A stretch of DNA of 18,802 nucleotides from a virus. A program made the position numbers and the translations under genes. Numbering within the stretch: the stretch's first letter is position 1; the number at the start of each line of letters is the position of its first letter. Positions 13,460-18,802 of this stretch are shown piece by piece. Under the pieces are notes generated by a model. That model was given only the letters and a program-made list of their open reading frames with translations. It was not told the origin of the DNA and ran no database searches. The DNA is taken from IMG/VR virus record IMGVR_UViG_3300045988_025623. One strand, written 5' to 3'.

Positions 13460-14920
13460 TTATAACACGAAACTATGGCCATCATCATTGCGATGGCGTG
13501 ACCCCGGCAGGAATTCGTCGTAGGGGATAGGGGCGGCTCGATGCACGCCACTCAACCGCATTACCGTATCGCCATTCGTTTCCACGCCGCAATATTTACG
13601 ATTGCCGAGAATACGGAGCTTCATATAGGTGTGATCGTTTTTCCAAGCTCCCAGTTTCCGGTCATCCGTCTCGATACCTGCGGGCGCGTCCAGCCCCTCC
13701 AATATCATGCCGTCGGTGTCGGCATAGAGTACGCGGTCGGCGTTCGCGTTCATCGCACGGGACAATGTCTGCCGTCCGTAGGCGTTCACATAGGCGGCGG
13801 TCGGCAGCCACGCCAGACTATTGGATGACTCTGGTTTGTCCACGGTAAAATCCACACCCCCGTCAACGGAGGGCTTGGGATGCAGCATGGGCCGGTAGAG
13901 TGAGGCACCGAACTTCCCCACCAATGAGTTTAATAGTAGTTTCGCCATCTGTTTGCGCTCTCCGGTCGCGGTTTGTTTCACGTGAAACCATGTATCCACA
14001 TAGTTATAGTAGAGGCCGTGTGATTTGCGGAACTTCCAGCCGCCAATATGCTCCCACACATGCACGTCGTAGTTTTCGGTCAGCGTCTCCCAATCCACGT
14101 CGGTGACTGGCATGGTGATGACGCCGAGCGTGCTATCCAAGCGTTCGCCCTCATACCCCCATACGGGTAGGATGTTGGTGAGCGTTGCCGTTTTACCCGG
14201 TTTGAGTCGCGCGTCGAACGCGATAATGTCGATATGCAAAGGATAATCAGGGTCATAATGATATTCCCCGTCGTACCATATGGGGGATCCTACCGGCATG
14301 GGATTGTCGCGCATGATACTCGGATAGAGACTGTTCACATCCCAACTCTTGCAATCCCGGTATTCGCCCGCCCGACTGTATACTATCGCCCCATAGTATG
14401 CGGGGCGCATACGGTGATAATCCTCTCGATCCAGTGGTGGAAAATGTCGTTTAAAGCCTGCGTAATCCCCGCCGATATAATCGGCCATCGCCATTGACGC
14501 TATGGTAGTGCCCGTAAGGTGCAGGGCGGCGCATTCCTGCGCGATGTTCCATGTGGTTTCCAAGTCGGTGGCCCCGCCGAATGTTTCACGTGAAACATGC
14601 AACCCATCATCGCGCGTGATGTTGCGCACGTCCAGAAAGTCCACGGTGATGCCGCCCATGCGCACGCGGAAACTGTAGAAGTGACTGCGAATGTTGAACG
14701 TGCCCCATACGCCATCCTTGCTGGGGTTCGGTTGCAGTGGGAGGCGTTTCAAGAGTTCGGCGGCTATGGGTTTGATGTCCTGCCATCCGTGCGCGCACCA
14801 TACGCGCGTATGATAATCAAGCATGGTGAGGCGGATGACGGCATGGGCGGTCAATGGTTCCATGCCGTCATCCGTCAATAGTGTTGCGCCGTCTGTTGCC
14901 GCCGTTCGACGCTCTTTCAT
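13460..14920 (-). CDS. Family B DNA polymerase, protein-primed type (phi29 gp2-like), compact at 486 aa
   Basis: Motif A is WDVNSLYPSIM, motif B is KQMAKLLLNSLVGKFG, motif C is VLYADTDGMIL and the KxY motif is NRKYCG. DYPLHIDII matches phi29 DYPLHIQHI, and a TPR2-like insert lies between motifs B and C. RBS AAGGATGG precedes the start. Confidence 0.95.
   Translation of the reverse strand: MKERRTAATDGATLLTDDGMEPLTAHAVIRLTMLDYHTRVWCAHGWQDIKPIAAELLKRLPLQPNPSKDGVWGTFNIRSHFYSFRVRMGGITVDFLDVRNITRDDGLHVSRETFGGATDLETTWNIAQECAALHLTGTTIASMAMADYIGGDYAGFKRHFPPLDREDYHRMRPAYYGAIVYSRAGEYRDCKSWDVNSLYPSIMRDNPMPVGSPIWYDGEYHYDPDYPLHIDIIAFDARLKPGKTATLTNILPVWGYEGERLDSTLGVITMPVTDVDWETLTENYDVHVWEHIGGWKFRKSHGLYYNYVDTWFHVKQTATGERKQMAKLLLNSLVGKFGASLYRPMLHPKPSVDGGVDFTVDKPESSNSLAWLPTAAYVNAYGRQTLSRAMNANADRVLYADTDGMILEGLDAPAGIETDDRKLGAWKNDHTYMKLRILGNRKYCGVETNGDTVMRLSGVHRAAPIPYDEFLPGSRHRNDDGHSFVL
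13975..13988. repeat. Copy 3 of palindrome GTTTCACGTGAAAC (inside the DNA polymerase gene, just upstream of motif B)
   Basis: Read on the minus strand as TGG TTT CAC GTG AAA CAA, giving W-F-H-V-K-Q. Confidence 0.95.
14583..14596. repeat. Copy 4 of palindrome GTTTCACGTGAAAC (inside the DNA polymerase N-terminal domain, extends to 18 bp at 14581-14598)
   Basis: Read on the minus strand as CAT GTT TCA CGT GAA ACA TTC, giving H-V-S-R-E-T-F. Confidence 0.95.
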
Positions 14921-14932
14921 TTGTCCATCCTT

Positions 14933-15877
14933 TTAGTGTCGTGCTGCGCTGGTCATCCATTCATCGAGTCGTGTCTCCACGTCGCCCGCGTCCGCTTTAG
15001 TCTCCCATTTATGTGTCTTGTCATTATACCATGTCGCCTCACGTACTACGGTGCTAAAATTCGTGTTGTTCATTAGCCATCGTTTTTGGCGGTTCGATAG
15101 AGACGCGAATTTTTGAGCCACGCTAGAGTCGAACGCTTCAATCTGTTGTTCGACCCTATCAAAATCCGAAACGCCCTCACTCTGAGGAATCTTCTTGTTT
15201 CCTGCGTGTAATGGTGCGCGTCCTATAAGCCCGGCGTATTCCAATATTTCCCGCTCAAGTCGTTTACGGTTGCCCTCTCGTATCATCGCGCGCGCATGGC
15301 TTATGCCACGTTCCGTCCCGAACACGTTGGCACGGTTGCGCGTGAGTTCGTCACGCGCCGATCCACCAACCGTATGGGTGCCCAGCACGTCGAACGGTGA
15401 TTCGCCCGCGCGTTCCATTTCGCGTACTTCGCCCACGGTATATTGGGCCATGCTCAGCGCCTCGAATTGTTGGGCGCGTTTGATTTTTTGCCGCGCCTCG
15501 ACTCGGCGGCGCTGCTGCTGCCGTAGCGTCTTGCGGCGCTTTGTTGGGGCGGCGGCGATTTCCGCGTCGGATATCAGCGGACGCGCCGCCATCTCACGGT
15601 CAAATTTCGTAATATGAACATCGGGCACGACCTGATACGGTTCATTATCCCGCGCACGTAAGGCTTGCTGTTGTTCCCCAAACTCCTGCCCGATACGTCG
15701 GGCGACCTGCTCAAGCTGTTGGGCACTGAGTTTGCCTAGGAATGTTTCGGTGATTTGCTTGGGGAGGCGTCCAGTGCTGTAGTCCCTTACCGCTCGTTCC
15801 TGGCGTACCTGCGCAGATCTGATAGCGGCGTTACGTTTCAGATTGTTGGCGCGTCGATTGGTTTTGCGTTTTGCCAC
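14933..15877 (-). CDS. Putative terminal protein (replication primer), assigned by position and composition only
   Basis: 314-aa, highly basic, helical protein (MAKRKTNRRANNLKRN...). It is encoded directly upstream of the protein-primed polymerase, as phi29 gene 3 precedes gene 2. The start is GTG with a strong AAGGAGG RBS. I recognised no sequence motif. Confidence 0.5.
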   Translation of the reverse strand: MAKRKTNRRANNLKRNAAIRSAQVRQERAVRDYSTGRLPKQITETFLGKLSAQQLEQVARRIGQEFGEQQQALRARDNEPYQVVPDVHITKFDREMAARPLISDAEIAAAPTKRRKTLRQQQRRRVEARQKIKRAQQFEALSMAQYTVGEVREMERAGESPFDVLGTHTVGGSARDELTRNRANVFGTERGISHARAMIREGNRKRLEREILEYAGLIGRAPLHAGNKKIPQSEGVSDFDRVEQQIEAFDSSVAQKFASLSNRQKRWLMNNTNFSTVVREATWYNDKTHKWETKADAGDVETRLDEWMTSAARH

Positions 15878-15900
15878 GGCCCCTCCTTGTGAGTGTGAAA

Positions 15901-15934
15901 CACCCCCGCCGCAAGGATGGAAACGACGGGGGTG
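15901..15934 (-). terminator. Terminator-like stem-loop after the SSB-like gene
   Basis: On the minus-strand RNA, CACCCCCGUCG pairs with CGGCGGGGGUG (11 bp including one G-U) around a 12-nt loop. UUUCACACUC follows, which is only a weak U-tract. Confidence 0.4.
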
Positions 15935-15996
15935 AGTCTGGCGGCAACATCCCTATAGGGACATTACCATGTTATCATATGGTGTGGACAATCGCG

Positions 15997-16434
15997 TTAC
16001 TTGCGCTTGTTTTCCGACACCAGTTCGAGGTCGAAGAACTTGTAGCCTCGGCGGCTCTTCTTTTCCACCACCTTGAGAGTAAGCGGCGAAGCCCACGTGT
16101 CCGGCGTGCCGAAAATGGCGAACAGGTTGCCGAATGCGTGCGCCAGCGTAGGGGACGCGGCGGCAAAGTCGCCCTCTTCTGCGTGAATGACAACACGGGT
16201 AGAAGAGTTGATCTCACCGGTTTCCTGATTCGCTACCTCGATGGCCTGCGCAAGCACGTTGGTCACATGCAGCGGCTCGTTCAGGTGTTCGTCAACCTTG
16301 TCGGAGGTCTGCATGGCGTTATAGAGCGACATTTTGCCGTCCATGGTGGTGGTGTCGAAGAAGTGGGAGACTGCGTTAGCACCGTTCGCCGCAAAATTGT
16401 TACCGTTCGTTACGGTCAGTTCGTTGTCAGCCAT
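15997..16434 (-). CDS. Putative ssDNA-binding protein (weak pattern and positional call)
   Basis: 145 aa. The layout (N-terminal MxxNELTV, SLYNAM, an acidic core, GE-x-stRVVIhaEeGdf, FG-P-W, basic tail) resembles small phage OB-fold SSBs as I remember them. Its position two genes upstream of the polymerase parallels phi29 gene 5. RBS AAGGAAAGG precedes the start. Confidence 0.35.
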   Translation of the reverse strand: MADNELTVTNGNNFAANGANAVSHFFDTTTMDGKMSLYNAMQTSDKVDEHLNEPLHVTNVLAQAIEVANQETGEINSSTRVVIHAEEGDFAAASPTLAHAFGNLFAIFGTPDTWASPLTLKVVEKKSRRGYKFFDLELVSENKRK

Positions 16435-16465
16435 GATTGTTGCCTTTCCTTATAGGGATTATTAA

Positions 16466-16783
16466 TTATTTTTCCTCGGAGATGATTTCATCCTCGACCA
16501 CGTTGCCGGTCACCGGCCCCGGATAGTCGATAACGGTATCATCTCCAAATTCACAATTAGCCCAGTAGATTGCCTCGTCCATGCGCGTTGCCTGCGCATG
16601 ATACTCGGCGGACATGGGAAGCATGTCCTTGTTGATCTTGCGGGCTTTCTTCATTGCCATGTCGGCCGTGCGGCACGCGCCGTCTACGACCACCTCGGCG
16701 TCAACGAGTTCCCCGTTTTCGCCGCGCGTGACGCCGCGCACGATACTGTAGTGCTTTGCTCGCTTGATGTATGCCATAATCAT
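16466..16783 (-). CDS. Hypothetical early protein (105 aa)
   Basis: Intact ORF in the early operon. Its ATG overlaps the upstream stop (ATGA), which suggests translational coupling. Confidence 0.6.
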   Translation of the reverse strand: MIMAYIKRAKHYSIVRGVTRGENGELVDAEVVVDGACRTADMAMKKARKINKDMLPMSAEYHAQATRMDEAIYWANCEFGDDTVIDYPGPVTGNVVEDEIISEEK

Positions 16784-17307
16784 ACCGCCTTACTTGACTG
16801 TTGCTGCTGTTGTGACATTCTTGCCACGTCTTCATCAGTATACCGCATGTCGGATAGATCGTCAAAACAACGACACGCAATCTTGATGATGGTTTGGGCG
16901 AATTCGTTGCCGTCCCAGATTTTGCACATCTCATAGCATGTCGCACCCTTGACGTGGCAGACCGCACACCATGCCACCATTGCCGGGGCGTAGATGACGC
17001 CGCCCAACATTTCGATATTCTGGGTTCGCGCCAACGCGCCGATACGGGACGTGCGTGGGGATAATGATAGGCAAACGTTTGCCGCATGTTCGATACCGTC
17101 CGCAAACGCCATCTGCGCGCCTTGAGGTTTGTAAAAATCCTTGAGTAGCGCTACAGTACGGCAGAACGTTTCCCAATCACCCTGGCCTTTATTGTATTCA
17201 CGCAAGTGCAGATGTCGCCGCCTGCCACGGATGACTCGGCGCACGCGGTCATCATCCAGCACGCCATCATCAAACCAATTCGTACGGCTACTATCCTCAT
17301 TCCTCAT
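16780..17307 (-). CDS. Hypothetical early protein (175 aa) with a Cys-rich C-terminal half
   Basis: Intact ORF containing WCAVCHVKGATCYEMC...ACRC cysteine clusters, possibly metal-binding. No family recognised. Confidence 0.6.
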   Translation of the reverse strand: MRNEDSSRTNWFDDGVLDDDRVRRVIRGRRRHLHLREYNKGQGDWETFCRTVALLKDFYKPQGAQMAFADGIEHAANVCLSLSPRTSRIGALARTQNIEMLGGVIYAPAMVAWCAVCHVKGATCYEMCKIWDGNEFAQTIIKIACRCFDDLSDMRYTDEDVARMSQQQQQSSKAV

Positions 17308-17566
17308 AGCGCGCCCAAGCTCCCTTATATTTCTGACATGCGTAAATGCCGATTTTTCTATACATCACATCGGCCTTAAAACCGGAGGTATCGTTAATAA
17401 TCTTCGCAATGTCTTTCAGTTTTTGCAAATCATTCTGCGCAGTATATTCCTCTGAATAAATCGGGAACATGGAATATTCCATAGCAAGCGGTATAATACG
17501 CAAACGGTACACCACTTGCTCACCCTCATATTCGACTTTACTAAAATTCCGGTTGTTCGTTTCCAT
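17297..17566 (-). CDS. Hypothetical early protein (89 aa, start METNN)
   Basis: GAGGGG lies 7 nt upstream of the ATG at 17566. The longer ORF to 17701 would overlap the neighbouring gene and has an Arg/Pro-rich, non-protein-like N-terminus. Confidence 0.5.
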   Translation of the reverse strand: METNNRNFSKVEYEGEQVVYRLRIIPLAMEYSMFPIYSEEYTAQNDLQKLKDIAKIINDTSGFKADVMYRKIGIYACQKYKGAWARYEE

Positions 17567-17774
17567 GATTATACCCCTCACGGTATCCACGTTCATAATC
17601 ATCCTTAAACATCCTATGAATATCATAGGGGAGCGTTTCGCGTTCGGGCTTACCCTCAGCGGCGTCCAGCGCGCCACGCTCGTAACCTTGCGTGGCGGCA
17701 ATCATTGCGCCCTGCTCAGTCCACTGGCCGAACAATTGTTGGCAAAGTTCCGTGATACTGCTAGGCTCTGTCAA
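17541..17774 (-). CDS. Hypothetical small early protein with a GY-repeat motif (paralog of 17761-18003)
   Basis: 77 aa with a TTG start preceded by AAGGGG 5 nt upstream. It contains TQGYERG and DYERGYREGYNHG. Confidence 0.5.
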   Translation of the reverse strand: MTEPSSITELCQQLFGQWTEQGAMIAATQGYERGALDAAEGKPERETLPYDIHRMFKDDYERGYREGYNHGNEQPEF

Positions 17775-18003
17775 TCTCGCCCCTTACTATCGCATCCGCG
17801 ATATGCAAGTCAGTCGGACGCTGCTCACGCTCCGTAACGCCCTGCGCATAACCCTCGCGGAAACAATCGCAATAACCTTGGGCGCACGCCGCATCCTCCA
17901 ATGGGCGGATAGCATGAGCGGGGAGCATCAAACCGGCACGGTAGCCCTGCTCGTAATACGCGGTACATAATGCCGCATCCCATGTCATCGGCGTAAAACT
18001 CAC
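17761..18003 (-). CDS. Hypothetical small early protein with a GY-repeat motif (paralog of 17541-17774)
   Basis: Contains YYEQGYRAG and AQGYCDCFREGYAQG. I chose the GTG at 18003 because GGAGG lies 7 nt upstream and it forms a GTGA overlap with the upstream stop. The longest ORF starts at GTG 18048. Confidence 0.5.
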   Translation of the reverse strand: MSFTPMTWDAALCTAYYEQGYRAGLMLPAHAIRPLEDAACAQGYCDCFREGYAQGVTEREQRPTDLHIADAIVRGEIDRA

Positions 18004-18266
18004 ACCTGCACCTCCAAAGTCACAGTAGGACACCCTTTTATCAAACACTTTGCATCATAGGACACCGCACGCTTAAGCGAATCAAAATCACGGTAAGCAG
18101 CGAATGGCACGTCAAGATCCGCGGAATCCCATTCACCCTCCCACTGGTACTGGTTAATGTTCAGCATCATCCGTTCAAGCTCTATAATACCATTATGGAC
18201 GCGAAACGAAGCGTAAATATCGCCATCGATACGCTTCATAACGCCCTTATGTTTCCTGCAAAACAT
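18000..18266 (-). CDS. Hypothetical early protein (88 aa; alternative start ATG 18239)
   Basis: First sizeable ORF downstream of the right ITR. AAGGG lies 4-5 nt before the ATG at 18239. There is no good RBS for the ATG at 18266. Confidence 0.5.
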   Translation of the reverse strand: MFCRKHKGVMKRIDGDIYASFRVHNGIIELERMMLNINQYQWEGEWDSADLDVPFAAYRDFDSLKRAVSYDAKCLIKGCPTVTLEVQV

Positions 18267-18474
18267 GACCGGAATAAAATAATTTGTCCTCTTCCAGACC
18301 GAATCATATTTTACACTAGCTTTGCCTCATTTTTGGATAAAATAGTTGTCGGGCAATAGACTGTTAAACAAGTCAACAATAATACTATCATCAAAATAAT
18401 TCATCTTTATACGCATAATAACCACTCTCCCTCAGATGACGATAACCAAGTGCTCAATCACAGAGCCTAATACA

Positions 18475-18750
18475 ATCAACCACCATCCTTTCCATAACCT
18501 TGGTTGATACCTACATAATACCACACCCAAAACACGACACGCCGAACAATGAAAAACGGCAACAAACTACGCGCTTAAAAAACAAGACAAAACGACACGC
18601 CGAATTGACAACACAAACAAAGCCAGTAAAATAGAAGATACAGAAAGCGATAACAAACAACACAGAAGGAACAGCAATGAAAAACACAGAACAGAACGCA
18701 ATAACGAAACACAGAATAGAGCGGTTGTGGAAAAAGGATAGCTACTGGGC
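18475..18750. repeat. Right inverted terminal repeat (ITR)
   Basis: Exact reverse complement of 53-328. Confidence 0.85.
18515..18523 (-). promoter_or_regulatory. Mirror copy of the ITR extended -10 promoter candidate, facing inward toward the early operon
   Basis: Same sequence as 280-288 by ITR symmetry. It is the only promoter-like element I found upstream of the minus-strand early genes. Confidence 0.35.
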
Positions 18751-18802
18751 CTGTCTCTTATACACATCTCCGAGCCCACGAGACAGGCAGAAAGCTCGTA
18801 TG
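18751..18802. other. Illumina Nextera/Tn5 adapter read-through (artefact), exact reverse complement of 1-52
   Basis: CTGTCTCTTATACACATCTCCGAGCCCACGAGAC + AGGCAGAA + AGCTCGTATG at the 3' end of the window. Confidence 0.97.

Noticed and set aside
15895-15901. Half-site GTGAAAC and scattered CACGTG cores (for example 2931, 4089, 4754, 6255, 11097, 12606, 12666, 13035) as degenerate copies of the 14-bp palindrome
   Set aside because: Seven- and six-mers are expected by chance at this frequency in 18.8 kb, and their flanks do not match the motif. Only the four full copies are treated as significant.
1-18802. ITRs as a fold-back or chimeric assembly artefact
   Set aside because: I considered this because the adapters are identical at both ends. 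However, the repeat ends cleanly at 328 / 18475 and continues into different, sensible sequence on each side (an ORF plus terminator on the left, an AT-rich early leader on the right). Long ITRs are also expected for a protein-primed polymerase genome. Read-level confirmation is still advisable.
1-18802. tRNA genes, CRISPR arrays, integrase/repressor (lysogeny) genes, transposases, defence or anti-defence systems of known type
   Set aside because: I saw no cloverleaf-like or repeat-spacer structure. No ORF has recombinase, HTH-repressor or transposase hallmarks. The gene content is fully accounted for by a small virulent podophage plus a few unknown early proteins.

Overview
The window is an essentially complete ~18.7-kb linear dsDNA genome of a small phi29-like (protein-primed, Picovirinae-type) podophage. 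It is capped at both ends by Illumina Nextera adapter read-through (1-52 and 18751-18802), which is artefact. Inside the adapters are perfect 276-bp inverted terminal repeats (53-328 and 18475-18750). All genes but one lie on the minus strand. An early/replication module runs from the right end: small unknown proteins, an SSB-like protein, a putative terminal protein and a family-B protein-primed DNA polymerase. A phi29-syntenic late module follows: scaffold, major capsid with Ig-like domains, tail knob, portal, lower collar, two fibre proteins (one with an SGNH esterase), a CHAP + transglycosylase-like tail hydrolase, a gp16-like packaging ATPase, holin, and a signal-peptide GH25-LysM endolysin. 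One small rightward ORF (308-565) converges on a bidirectional terminator (577-605). I saw no tRNA, CRISPR array, integrase or repressor. The most unusual signal is a perfect 14-bp palindrome, GTTTCACGTGAAAC, present four times, three of them in-frame inside conserved genes. Other points worth a second look: iteron-like repeats, strong T/A strand skew and an inward-facing promoter candidate in the ITRs; a shortened polymerase N-terminal domain whose exonuclease carboxylates appear substituted; a structured 182-bp non-coding gap after the polymerase gene (possible pRNA-like RNA); a low-GC holin+ATPase island; and tandem small early paralogs with a GY-repeat motif. All homology calls come from reading the translations by eye against remembered phi29 proteins and family motifs. 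No searches were run.
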